From an uncultured Chloroflexia bacterium (GTDB taxonomy: Bacteria > Chloroflexota > UBA6077 > JACCZL01), in assembly GCA_963765765.1 (NCBI GenBank), contig CAVXYC010000015.1:32001-96000 (forward strand): DNA of 64,000 nucleotides, in the 5' to 3' direction. How positions within the stretch are numbered: the first letter of the stretch is position 1; the number at the start of each line of letters is the position of its first letter. A model generated the notes under the pieces. It worked only from the letters and a program-made list of their open reading frames with translations, searched no databases and had not been told where the DNA came from. This document shows, one piece after another, positions 10,676 through 22,422 of this stretch. Position numbers and translations under genes: made by a program.

Positions 10676-12374
10676 CTAGACCGCTACAGCCTCCCTTGAA
10701 TACGCAGACCCGCGCAGCACGCTACCAGGCAGATCGCCGCTGAGCTTGCCGTCGTCGAATACCACTCGACCATTCACGATGGTCTGGTGGATGCCCTCTG
10801 AGCTCTGGACCATGCGGCGGGTGTTGGCCGGGAAGTCCTCGGCCCACTCCGGGGGTGCAGGCATTGACCGTGTCCGGATCGAACACCACGAGATCCGCGG
10901 CGTAGCCCGGCTGGACGAGGCCGCGACCTTGAATGCCGTAGATCCAGGCGACCTGATAGGTGAGCTTATGTACGGCTTCTTCCAGTGACATGATGCCCTT
11001 GTCGCGCACCCAGTGACCCAGCAGCGTGGTGCCATAGCCAAAGTCGGCCTGGAATTGGATGTGCGCCCCCGCGTCAGACTGCCCTACCAGGATGTGCGGG
11101 TTGCACAGGATCTGGGCCGTCACGTCCTCATCGCCATCCGTGTTGCTGGATGAGTAGGTGGTCTCGAGATCTTCCTCAAGGCCAAGGTCAAGGAATGCAT
11201 CCAGCGGGTCCTGGCCGCGCATTTGAGCGACCTGCGCGATGCTTTTGTCTACAAAGCGCTCGTTCTCGGGCTTCGCCACCTTGCGAACGAATACGTATTC
11301 CCACTTGCGGTGGAAGGATGTCTGGCGATCGGTTGCCAGCTCCTCCCTGAAGCGCGCCCGCGTCTCTGGTTCCCTCAACGCCTGCTTCTTCACCTCGGTC
11401 GGCAGGAACATGACGTTTTTCCATGTAGGGAACTCGTCAAAGGTCTGGACGTTCTTCAGCGTGAATCGACCGTTGACCAGTCCGGCTTCGGTGATGCCGT
11501 AGGTGCGGTAACCGTCCGCGAAGGTCTTGGCAACGGCGTCAAGCTGCTCTCGCCAGAGGTCGGGCTCCGCCCAGCGATGATGCACGCTCTGCCAGATGAT
11601 GGGTCGGCCCGTCCGCTTAGCGAGCTCCGCATACCACGGAACATCTTCCACCACGTGGAGGCCGAGACTGATCTGCAGCAGGCCTGTGCTCATCTCGCCG
11701 CATACGTCGGCCAGCCTGAAGAACTCTTCATCCGTTGCCATGCGGCTGGCAATGGGCTTCATGTCCTCACGCATGTGGCGCTTATTGCGATTGGTCGAGA
11801 GGCCCAGCGCGCCCCCGCGGAGCGACTCGGCCACCACGCCGCGCATCTGCTCGACTTCCGCGTCCCTGGCCGCGCGCTCGACGGACTCCTCGCCCATTAC
11901 CGATTGGCGTACGGCAATGTGGCCCAGCAGTCCGCCAACATTGATCCCCACACGACCTTCCAGCGCGTCGAGGTACTCGCCGTACGTGTGCCAGCCCCAG
12001 GGGATGCCCGCTTCCAATGCAGCCCGCGGCATGGCCTCTACCCGAATGAAGCTCTGGAGCAGCGAGTCCTCATGGCCGTCCTTCACAGGCGCTAGGGTGA
12101 GCGCGCAGTTGCCCATGATGGCGGTGGTCACGCCGTTTTGCGGCTCGCAGGTGCCGTACGGATCCCAGAAGAGCTGGCCGTCCAGGTGGGTGTGATGATC
12201 GATGAAGCCCGGCGCCACCACCCTGCCACTGGCATCAATGGTGCGCGCCGCGCTGCCGCTGAGGCGGCCGATCTCGACCACCTTTCCGTCCTTCACGCCC
12301 ACATCGGCCACATAGCCCGGCAGTCCCGAGCCGTCCACCACCCGGCCACCCTTGATCAACAAATCGAATGTCAT
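10676..12374 (-). CDS. N-acyl-D-amino-acid deacylase family amidohydrolase, paralog 2 (indel ~10855)
   Basis: MTFDLLIKGG, PGFIDHHTHLD, GNC, SDAGAH; collinear with 8904-10591. Confidence 0.85.
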
Positions 12375-12425
12375 GGCTGCACCTCCTGCTTCCAACGTCA
12401 GTCGGTAGAGAGACCCGTTCAGGTC

Positions 12426-12504
12426 CGGTGGGACAGGCGTCTCTGCCTGTCCCGTCAAAATCAGCTCCTCACTTACTGGACAGGCAGAGACGCCTGTCCC
12501 ACCG
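12426..12504. repeat. Family B REP doublet
   Basis: CGGTGGGACAGGCGTCTCTGCCTGTCC and its exact reverse complement at 12478-12504. Confidence 0.85.
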
Positions 12505-12505
12505 A

Positions 12506-13676
12506 CTAGCTCGCCGGCAGGCCAAGCGCCTCGAGGTACTTCGCCTCGTATTTCTTGTAATTCAGCTCGTACTCAAGCGGTGAGAGCTTCAGGGTCATGT
12601 TGTTCTCTTCCAGGATCTTGGCGGGGCCCGTGCCCGATCCTGGAAGCGGTTTGCCTTTGAAGCGCTCCTTATCCATCAGCGCCACGCCTTCTGGACCGAC
12701 AAACCAGTGCATGAAGAGTCGTCCCGCGTTCGGATGCGGCGCCTGTGCATGAACTGTGTAGCCCGGCCCCGGCTGGTTCGTATACACCTCTTGCAGTGGA
12801 ATGAACTCCCATGGCTGGCCCTTGGGTTTGAACTTGACCAGGTTGTGCAAGTAGGTGCCGATGGCAATGGGAAACTCGCCCGCAACCAGCAGTGTGTCTG
12901 TAGCCGTGTTCCCGGTCACCATACGTGGAGTCTGCTCTTTGAGCTTTTTCATGTACTCCACCACGGCCTCTTCGCCGCCCATGAACGGTGTGCCATAGAC
13001 AAACGGCCGCAAACGTGCCCTCCAGGCCAAGCTTGCCCTTCCACTTCGGGTCCAGAAAATCATTCCAGGTTTTGGGCAGCTCTTCCGACTTCACCAGGTT
13101 CGGGTTGTAAGAGGCCAGGTAGACCGTCCACTCAGGCGTGTAAGTGCCCTCGTACTGCTGCTCCATGGGCACGCCGGCGGCGACGAGTAGGTCGGCATTG
13201 TTTGTAAGAAGCTTCGCTTCCTTGTAGGCCTCGTAGCTCTGGCCCGTATCGATGAAGTCAAGGCTCACGCGCCCGGCCCGCGTCTCGGCGATGGCCTTTG
13301 GTCTCAGCTCATCGAGGTTGCCCTCGAGATACTCGAACTCAATGCCTGGATACGTCTTCTTGAAGCCGTCCATGAACGTCTGGGCCACGCGCAGCTCGTG
13401 CTGGTCCCACCAGACCACCTTGCCTTCCTTCTTAGCGCCTTCGTAGAGCTGGTCCACGACGTTGGCCGGCTTGGCGGCGGCAACGGCGGCCGCTGTTGGT
13501 GGCGGTGCGGCGCCGCTCGCGGGAGCCGCTGGAGCGGTGGTGGGGGCCGCCGCCTTTTGAGCGGGTGCCGCGGTGGGGGAAGGAGTGGTCGGCGCGGCAC
13601 AAGCGGCCATCAACGCACTGCCCGATCCCAGTAACACAAGGCGAAGGAAGCTTCGCCGGTTGGTCGTGCTCATCAT
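12506..13676 (-). CDS. Tat-exported solute-binding lipoprotein (frameshift ~13020)
   Basis: NRRSFL..MAAC, AKKEGKV, PKTWNDFLDPKWKGK, APHPNAG. Confidence 0.8.
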
Positions 13677-14041
13677 GATCCTCCCCTAGGCCGCCAAACC
13701 AACGCGGCCGACCAGACAATGGATCCCGGAACGCCCGAGTCTCAGTATGCATCCAAGCGGCGATTGCCTCAACGTATTAGAGGCTACGGGGAGGGGTTAG
13801 GGATAAGTACGCTGGGAGGATCCTGTTAATGGCCGGCAGCAAGCGCAAGGCCTTAAGGGTAGGGGCGTCTTCTCTCGCGCGCCTTGTTGATGACGGAAAC
13901 CAACGCGGGTCGCACCCTGGCATGGCAAAGGGCGAAAAGTCATTGCACACAAGCGACAAACAAGATGCAGTAGTCGCTTATGTCCTTGCTGTCCCTCGTG
14001 TCCTTTAAGGGACTTAGATTCGGCGAGTCGGTTCTAGTGCT

Positions 14042-14356
14042 CTACCAGACTGCCGTGGCCGGATGAAGATCGAGAAGCGTCTCGTGCCACGAGTGCTCGC
14101 TGGGGCCTGACTCGAGCCCCTCGAGTCTTTCCCGAGTTTGGGCGAATGCTTCGTCGGTGTGCCAGGCTTCCCACGCTGCGCGTGTCTCCCAGGTGCCCAC
14201 GATGATCCTCTTATTGAGAGCATCGATCGGCATCAGAAGCTGTCCACCAATCCAGCCTGGTTGTGCGCGCGCCGCCTCCAGACGTTCACGCATCGCCTCA
14301 TCCCAGGCGGGCTCCATCCCGTCCCGCAGCGTAACGGTCGTAATGATGGTCATCAT
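14042..14356 (-). CDS. Antibiotic biosynthesis monooxygenase (ABM) family protein
   Basis: QPGWIG...WETRAAWEAWH pattern; about 100 aa. Confidence 0.75.
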   Translation of the reverse strand: MMTIITTVTLRDGMEPAWDEAMRERLEAARAQPGWIGGQLLMPIDALNKRIIVGTWETRAAWEAWHTDEAFAQTRERLEGLESGPSEHSWHETLLDLHPATAVW

Positions 14357-14520
14357 GAGGTGCACTCCCCGCGGGTCAGCTGTTGGCCATGATGCGATCG
14401 ATCCCGCTCAGGGGTGGGGCTCGCACGTGGCATGCCACCCCACTGGGGCCGCAAAGGCCCGCGCTTTGACCGCGGCGGTCTCTCTCGTTGATTGTGACTT
14501 GAGGAAGCTGAGAGCCATTC

Positions 14521-14552
14521 GTAGAGCGGGCGGGCAGGGACGCCCGCTCTAC
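14521..14552. repeat. GTAG-type palindrome (family E)
   Basis: GTAGAGCGGGCG-N8-CGCCCGCTCTAC just past the Rieske stop codon. Confidence 0.6.
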
Positions 14553-14564
14553 AGAGGCGAGGGG

Positions 14565-15837
14565 TTACACCCGCGCTAGCTGAGCTTCCGCGGTGCCTTC
14601 ATCCCAGGCCGTCTCTCGTGGCAGCACCATTGATGTGGACCGCACATGGTACGCCTCACCGTGAGTGGCCGCGTACGGCTCCTTCCCGGCCTGGAGATCC
14701 CGGGCGCCTCTGAGCAAGCGCCGCCGTCCCTGAATCACCGCCAGGTCCGCCATGCCGAGGTGCTCCCTGGTCCGATCGTAGATACGGCCCATGCCCTCCT
14801 GAACGGCGCAGTCCTCCTCACGCACGCCGTAGATGCCGGTGTACGTGCGGCCCAGGCGCTGTTGTTCCCGATCGATTCCGTAGTCGTTTTCCTTGTTCCG
14901 CACAGGGATGAACTTCTCGTCCACTTCCATGTGGATACCAAGGAAGGACTTGCACTCACCCAGCACCTTCTCGGACAGCGGGCCGTCGGGATTCCAGGTC
15001 ACGGTGAACGCGTTGGTTGTCTCGTCGTCAATCGGGATTGCGGCCGTGAAGTGAATGCACTCGTCCAGGCTTGGCGGAATCATCGTGTATGTGGGCAGCA
15101 GGTACTGGGTGACGCGCCAGTAGTAGGCACCCTCTTCCGCTTCGCGGCGCGCGCCAAAGATCAAGCCGGCGTCCGTCTCCTTGCTGGAGAGCTTCGGCCG
15201 CTTGTCACGATACATATAGCCCGCGATCGAGTTGCGCAGGTCCGCTGGCCTGGGCTTCACTTCCGGATTGGGCTGGCTGTGCAGGAAGCCCACGTGGCTG
15301 GAGTCCAGCTCGCCTTCCAGGCTCTGCATAAAGTTCGATCGCTGCACGCGGCGGCTCACGTAGCGCGATTCCGGCGGCACGTGCATCCACTCGAGCTCGG
15401 GGATCCGCGCGCCCAGACCTTCCGGCCCCAGGTACGCCCAGAGGATGTCGCCTCGCTCCTCGCACGGGTACGCCGTGACCTTGACCTTGTGCTTGAAGTT
15501 GGACTCCGGCGGCTCATTGGGCATATCCACGCACTCACCGCGTGGCATTGAATTTCCAGCCGTGATAGACGCAGCGGAGACCCTCTTCCTCGTTGCGCCC
15601 GAAGAACAGGGACGCGCCGCGATGTGGGCAGTTCTCCGCTACGAGCCCTAATTTCCCGGTCGAGTCGCGGAACGCCACCAGGTTCTCGCCGAGCAGCCGC
15701 ATCCGCACCGGCGGACAATCCGGCTCGGGCAGCTCCGAGCTCAGCCCAAACGGCAGCCAGAACCTCCGCAGATAGTCGCCCATCGCCGTGCCAGGCCCTA
15801 CCCTGGTCAGGAGCTCATTGTCCTCGTGTGAGAGCAT
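14565..15837 (-). CDS. Rieske oxygenase, phthalate 4,5-dioxygenase/LigXa-like (indel ~15545)
   Basis: CPHRG...CVYHGW; EGELDSSHVGFLH; EDCAVQE; DRTREHLG. Confidence 0.85.
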
Positions 15838-16315
15838 GGGTCATCTCCTTTCGTCGCCATTGAATGCGGGATGGATAGCCAATACCTGACTGGCGCGCTG
15901 CTCCTCCGTTGTGCAAGACCTTCCGCCATGCCGGCATGACGCGGTCGGCCTTCCCATTGTGAGCGGAGACAGCATCCACGTCAAACGAATCGGAATAACC
16001 GGGATGTCAGCACCTGCTCAGCGCCGAGCGCCTTGGTGCGGCGCACGAGAGCACCAACAAGATCGTTGCATCCGGCTGGAGCCGATGAATCAGCGTCAGT
16101 CACAGTTCGCAGTCGGCGCGTGGACACCCGCGGGAGGACGCCCCCGATCGCGCGGGAACGGCTGCCTGGTCTTCCGTAACGTTTGGATGCGAAGCGGGCC
16201 TATCTACACCAGGCGCACTCCGCCTCGTCGGCTGTTCCAATTGCGGACTGATTGGGGCACGAACCAGGCGCGCTCGCGTACATTATTGGATCGCTATTGG
16301 TGAAGGGAGACTCGC

Positions 16316-17689
16316 ATGGCCCTCACACACGCATGGCAGGCTCACGCACCGGTCGACGATGTGGAGGTCGCATCGCGAGATAACACACTGATGCGGGTGT
16401 CCGCTCGGACCGCGAGCACGTGGGGACTGGCCGACTTCCTTGGTGCCCTCGTCCTCACCCTGCCCGTCACCCCCGTGGCTGCCTCGCTGATCACCGTGGT
16501 GGCCAGCGCGTCCGCATCTAGCGCGCCGCCGGGATCGCTAGACCTGCGCGGTCATCCGATGATCGTTCTGCCGCTGAATTTCCTGCTCTCCTGGCTGGGT
16601 CTCTCGCTGACGTGTTGCCTGCTCGGCCTGGCCCGGTCAGAGCGGGTCAATTTCAGTAGTTTCAGCGACCTCCGCACGCGGCTCAGCACGCTTGAGGTCT
16701 GGTGCGGCCCCACTCTGGACGTGGCAGTTGCCGACTGCAAGGGGCGAATTCGCGATGACCTAGACCGCTGCCGGGCCCGCGCAGAATTGCGCGGGCATGT
16801 GGTCGCCATTCGCACGGAGATGGCTACCAAGGGGCCCCAGTGGGTCCTCGGCGTCGGATACTTGTCGCTGTGGCGGCGGTTACATCGGGCGGAAGCTCTG
16901 TTGCCCTATCTCGAGTCGACCGGAAGCCTGCGTGCGAGAGCGGATCAGCTCCACCTCCAGATCGCCGGCTCAACCATCAGCGGCACCGCAACTGACCGGG
17001 TAGACGAGACGTTGAAGGCCCTCGGGAACTCCGACGATCCTGCCGAGGGAGAGCCTGACAGGCGAAACGGCACCACTCATCCCACCGGTAAGCTCGCGAC
17101 GAAGGGCTGGGCGGCACGGGCCTCGCTCAGCCAGACGCAGCTCTCCATTGACGAGTTCCGCGACGGCCGCTACGCCCAGTTGGTGTCAGCGCGCAATCAG
17201 CTGGCGGCGACCAACGCGGCGACCGGGATTGCCCTGTATGCCCTACTCTGGCTCGCCATTGTGGCCCAGGTCAATGAGCCGACCGTCCGGGCGGCCACGG
17301 CCTTCTATCTGGTTGGCGCCCTCGTCGGCCTCTTCAGCGTGCTGTATACCCAGTCGGGGGCCCAGTCGGCGGTCGACGATTACGGGCTGACGCTCACGCG
17401 CATGCTGGTCACGCCGCAACTGTCCGGCATCGCGGCGGTGCTCGGCGTCGTGATTACCACGATGCTATCCGTGGCCCAGTTCCAGAGCGATCCCCAGGTG
17501 GCCGCGACCTTCCACAGCCAGGGTCTGCTGGCCGACAGCTTCGATCTCATCCGACGCCCGGTCAACATCCTCACCGCGGCGGTCTTCGGCTTCTCGCCAG
17601 GGCTCGTGCTCGATCGCCTCCGGCGACAGACCGACCAAGCCAAGGATGACCTGCAACGCAGCCGAAGCGAGACACTCGGGCAAACGTGA
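16316..17689 (+). CDS. Hypothetical multi-pass membrane protein
   Basis: Intact 457-aa ORF with GGGAG RBS; TM segments at both ends around a soluble helical middle. Confidence 0.65.
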   Translation: MALTHAWQAHAPVDDVEVASRDNTLMRVSARTASTWGLADFLGALVLTLPVTPVAASLITVVASASASSAPPGSLDLRGHPMIVLPLNFLLSWLGLSLTCCLLGLARSERVNFSSFSDLRTRLSTLEVWCGPTLDVAVADCKGRIRDDLDRCRARAELRGHVVAIRTEMATKGPQWVLGVGYLSLWRRLHRAEALLPYLESTGSLRARADQLHLQIAGSTISGTATDRVDETLKALGNSDDPAEGEPDRRNGTTHPTGKLATKGWAARASLSQTQLSIDEFRDGRYAQLVSARNQLAATNAATGIALYALLWLAIVAQVNEPTVRAATAFYLVGALVGLFSVLYTQSGAQSAVDDYGLTLTRMLVTPQLSGIAAVLGVVITTMLSVAQFQSDPQVAATFHSQGLLADSFDLIRRPVNILTAAVFGFSPGLVLDRLRRQTDQAKDDLQRSRSETLGQT

Positions 17690-18474
17690 GGCGACGGGGC
17701 GCCCGGTACGCATCCGGACCCGAATCCGGGTGTGGGATTGATGGTGATGATTCGCCGTCACTCCACTCGGTGGCTCCGTCCGTGTCGGACGTCCTCACTC
17801 TCTGATTTAAGCGCCGTGGGCATTCAGTGTGTGCCATCGCAGAGAGCTACCACGGGAGCTCAATGGCCCTGCGCGACTTGGTGTAACGCCCGCGCCGCAC
17901 CAGCACCTTATCTAGAGAGCGAGGTCGGCGCATAGGCCGTTCGGCACCTGGCACGTCGAAACGGGTGTGCGGGAGGCGAAACGACTGATGCATCCGCTCT
18001 CGATCCCCCACCTTGTGAGATTGGGGTGTCTTCATCGATGTCGGGGGCGAGGTGCCACGCCGCGCTCATGAAGCTCAGGCCGTGAGACTGCTGACAGCGC
18101 GCAGCTCGTCAGGTCTGCCCTGTCCGGATCCCGTCGCTCTCCGGAGCGCAGACGAGGCACCGGTGCCGACCGTGCGCGTGGCGTCCGGCCCGACCGGTGG
18201 GACGCAGTTCTATCGAAAAAGGGGAACGGTGATTCTTTTGCCCACCGGACACGGTCCGTCGTAAATCTACCCGGCCTCCCGTCTGGCGGCAATCGCTGTG
18301 ACGCGGCAACTCCTACAACGAGGAAATTCTCAAGCTGATTCACTCTCTTGTGCTATTGACTTACACGGGTGACGGCACTTTAAGTGGGCGTGGTCTATAG
18401 AGGGCGCCGCACAGTAATTTCCGTTGCGTTGTCCGTGCAATACCCAGGATGCATCCAGGAGCAAGAGCGAGACG

Positions 18475-19250
18475 ATGATGGAGCGCCGTTTGGTGTGGCG
18501 ATGGCTCGTTATCACGCTCCCTGTCGTTGCCGCATTCCTGTTTTTCACAGGGTATACGCCGCCTGCCGGGGCCGCTCCGTTGGGCCAGATCGTGACGGTC
18601 ACGACAACGACTGGCACCACGACCGCTACGGAAGTGGTGACAGCCGGTTCAACAAGTACCGTCACCACACAGGGAACTCTTACCCAGACGACGACGGTGC
18701 CCGTGATCGTCACGACGGACCAGACTAGCACTGTGACTTCGACCGTTGTCGTCGGGTCGACGACGACCATCCTGGCGACCACCACGTCTACCGTGACGAT
18801 CCCGGCGACCGCCACGTCCACGACGACGATCCCGGCGATGACCACGTCCACGACGACAATCCCGGCGACGACAACGTCCACGGAGACGATTCCGGCCACC
18901 CTGACCCTGACGACGACGATTCCGGCGACCGCCACGTCCACGGAGACGATCCCAGCGACGACCACGTCCACGGAGACGATTCCGGCAAGACCACGTCCAC
19001 GGAGACGATCCCGGCGACGACCACGTCCACGGAGACGATTCCGGCGACGACGACGTCGACGACGACGATCCCGGCGACGTTCAGCACCGGAACATCGACC
19101 GTCTCGACCACGACGACGATCAGCGTAACGACGACAACGACTTCCACCACAACGACAAGGTCTACCTTTTCATGCTTCCAGCTGAAGCCGCCCGGTGACT
19201 TGTCGTGCCCCAAAAAGCTCCAGCGACGTGACCTGCCAGGTGCCTCGGTG
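18475..19250 (+). CDS. Secreted Thr-rich repeat protein 1 (indel ~18988; 3' end uncertain)
   Basis: Signal-like MERRLVWRWLVITLPVVAAFLFF..AGA; TTTIPATTTS repeats; TFSC-x10-C. Confidence 0.7.
18760..19080 (+). repeat. 30-bp coding tandem repeat, about 11 units
   Basis: ACGACGACGATCCCGGCGACGACCACGTCC-like units. Confidence 0.9.
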
Positions 19251-19295
19251 ACGGCGAAGGTTCAACTCGCCGCCCAATGGCTTGCAGGGCTCAAA

Positions 19296-20904
19296 GTGAC
19301 TGATCTGGCGCGTACGTTTCGGCGTAGAGCATTAGGCAACCTGTTGGTTGTGGGCGTCTTGCTAGCGCTTCAGATTGCGGTGGCTATGCCGGCGTTCGCA
19401 CAAGTCGGGCAGGGCGCCACCATGACGGTCTTACAGGGCTCGGTCGCCGTGATCCGCACCAATGGCTCAGCCGTCCAGCCCGCCCCCAGCGGCACGGAGG
19501 TCTTCCCGGGCGACGAGATCCGCACACTGACCCAGTCGGGCGCGTTGATCACCTTCTTCGCCGGTACAGAGATCGAGCTTGGCGCCGAGACCATCCTAGT
19601 GGTCCAGAGCGTCAGTCGGCCGGGGACCGGGTGGACATCTCCGCTCCGCCAGGTGGCCGGAACCTCGCTCAGCCGGGTGCAGACGATTGTGGACGCGGCG
19701 GCGATATCGGGTCGAGGCGGGCGGCGCCGTGGCACTGGTGCGCGGAAGTGAGCTGGGCGTGCTGGGCCCGCGCGACGGGATCGTGGTGTTCATCAATTTC
19801 GAATCGAGCGTACCGATCATCGTGCACGGATGCTTCCTGTCGCCCGGTGAGGTGTATGGCTACAGGTAGAGCCGGATGGCCGCGGCGGCTGGCGAGTGGT
19901 TTCCGGTTGAAATGAGTTCCGGGCGGACCTGCGCGGCGGACCCTGGGGGCGCGCTGGAGGAGGGCTTACCCTCGCGCAGCAGGCCGAGCAGGGCGAAACT
20001 AAGAAGAAACCGGCGGGCCAGGTACCGGGCCGGGCAGGTGCAGGAGATCAGGAACGAGCTAGAGAAGAAGAAAGACGACGACAACCCGCCGGTAACTTCG
20101 ACAACAACGACCGAGGCTGTCACGACAACGACGACCCAGCCGACCACCACAACGGTGACCCAACCGGTTTCGGCAACGACTACACAGCCGGTGACGACAA
20201 CCACACAGCCGGTTACGACCACGACCACGCAGCCTGCCACGAGTACAACAACGAGCGTGAGCTCGGGCACCACAGTGACCGTAGCACGTGGCGCGACAGT
20301 GACCACTACTAGAACGACGACCGTGCCGACGACGGTCACGACAGGAGAGACTTCGACTGAGTTCGTGACCGTTATCGCTTCGCAGACGACCACCATACCA
20401 TTCACGACGACGACATCCACCACCACAACAGTGCCGGCCACTACGACGTCCACGACGACAATTCCGGCGACCACGACTTCGACGACCACGATCCCGGCGA
20501 CGACGACTTCGACGGCAACGATCCCGACGACCACAACTTCGACGACGACGATTCCTGCGACCCTGATCGTGACGACGACGATTCCGGCAACGACCACGTC
20601 CACGGAGACCATTACGGCGACGACCACGTCCACGCAGACGATCCCGGAGACGACTACGTCCACGGAGACGATCCCGGCGACGACCACGTCCACTGAGACG
20701 ATCAGCGACAACTACGTCGACGCTGACGATCCCGGCGACGACCACGTCCACGACGACGGTGCCCGAACAACGACCACATCTCGATCGACGAGCATCGCTG
20801 TTACCAGCACCCGAACGATCACCAATGTAATCACAAGTACAACGACCACAACCACGTTCACATGTGGAAACTCCACGGTTGGTAGCATCCCGCCATGCAC
20901 GTAG
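19296..20904 (+). CDS. Secreted FecR-domain protein with Thr-rich repeat tail (several indels)
   Basis: Signal ..AMPAFA; G.EVFPGDEIRT..A.ITFFAGTEIELGAET..VRGS; ends TFTC-x10-CT*. Confidence 0.7.
20385..20760 (+). repeat. 30-bp coding tandem repeat, about 12 units, same unit as 18760-19080
   Basis: TTTIPATTTS/TETIPATTTS units; TTTTQP(V) repeats at ~20120-20240. Confidence 0.9.
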
Positions 20905-21719
20905 CCGCGAGATAGCAGCGCAACATTCCAACGCGACAGTGCCCGTGTGTCGTATCGGCGAACGGGTGCACGCCTAGACTCGAAAACGGAGGTCATCTCA
21001 AGGGTCCAGCAGAGCCGCCAGTCAATAAGCGTGCTTGCGGCCGCAGGGTCGGAACACTGTAGTCGGGGTCAGGCGTCGGACTAACGACCCAGACGACGTG
21101 GTCGGTGGGTAAAGTGGAGTGAATGGCCAGAGCTGATCATGAAAACCAGGGTACTAACGGGATGACCCGAATCACATGTCGCCGAGTTCGCGAGTTCAGA
21201 CGCGCTCAACAATCGAGCGAATGACGCGCGCGGCGTCAGTCAGCCCGAGCATCCAGACGTGCGATGAACGCTTTGGAGATAGCGTCTGGGGTCATCAGCG
21301 AGTCGGAGCCTTGATTTCAACTTCTGTCGCAAAGTCAGCTCGAGGAGCAGTCAGCTCCGCAACTGCCACGCCCGGCTGAGAGCCGTATCGGATCTGACTC
21401 GCTCGACTCGATCTCCGTTGTCGGGTTGCGCAGCCGAAATGTGATGTTGACTACCCCGGCGGCCGTCGCGGCGAAGCGAGGCTTCCAACCCATATCGATC
21501 GCCATCCCGTTTTGGCTCGATGAGCCGTGTGTCAGACACTCTTACGGCTGCGCTGAGCGCAGCGGCTGGCGCATCGGCGACCGACGGTACGGGTCGATGA
21601 TTGCTCTGCAGCCAGACCCAAGGATTACCTCCGCGAGCTCGAAAGTAACGAGAGTCGCGGGCTTCACAATAGCTATTCCCCTCTTGGCGAGCCGCCGCCG
21701 GTTCAGCGCCGGGACTGGG

Positions 21720-22154
21720 ATGCTGGCTGAAGGGCTGGGGACCACGCTACCTGCTTCCGACTTCTTCCACTGGCTCTCGCGCCATCTGGCGCTCTGCTGG
21801 CTGGACATTCGTTGACGTCTCGTCGCTCTGGGCCTGACGCTGCTGGGAGTACTGGTACAGATTCCCGGGGCGACGGTGAATTTTATGGACGCGGGGCTGG
21901 CCGGTCATGACCGAGTACGCCAGGCGATGGATGCGGTGCCTGACACGTTCGATTTCAGGGACTGGTACTACTTCACGCCGGCCAATTCGACATACCGGCT
22001 CCATGCCGAGCTACTGCTCGCGGGGAAATTGGATGTCGCCTGGCTTTCTTCGCCTCGGACCGGGCTTACTCCGCTTACAATCGGATTCTCCCTTCTCCTG
22101 ACTGCTGTAGGACTCGCGCTCATGCGTTCGGCACTGAGTGGGCACCACAAGTAA
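21720..22154 (+). CDS. Hypothetical Trp/Tyr-rich membrane protein (fragmented)
   Basis: FFHWLSRH / WEYWYRF / DFRDWYYF plus C-terminal TM across frames. Confidence 0.35.
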
Positions 22155-22422
22155 TTGCGACTCGGCTGTCGCGTCTCGCAACGTAGCAGTCTGCGCACGA
22201 CCGCGCCTGATACTGCCGGGAAAGACCGGGAGCCTCCTCATGGTCGGCGACCAGTGTTGCGGGCGCGGACACGATTACTGCGGAGATGAGTCGGGTATCA
22301 ATTCGACTAATCCGGCGATGCGACTCGTGCGATGTAGCAACGTCGGCGTACCGGCTCGCTATCCTGAGCCTCCGCCGCCGCACGCCCTCATAAGCTCAGT
22401 ACTGTCCGGGGTAAAGAATCAC

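Noticed and set aside
18178-18215. c-di-GMP-I riboswitch suggested by GGGACGCA
   Set aside because: Lacks the GGCAAA/GNRA P2 and P3 elements; just a local hairpin.
18760-20760. 30-bp repeats as a CRISPR array
   Set aside because: Contiguous in-frame units, no unique spacers, synonymous variation, no cas genes.
18330-20931. Val-rich and Arg-rich ORFs (18330-18971, 19860-20711, 20059-20931, minus strand)
   Set aside because: Antisense shadows of the Thr codon repeats.
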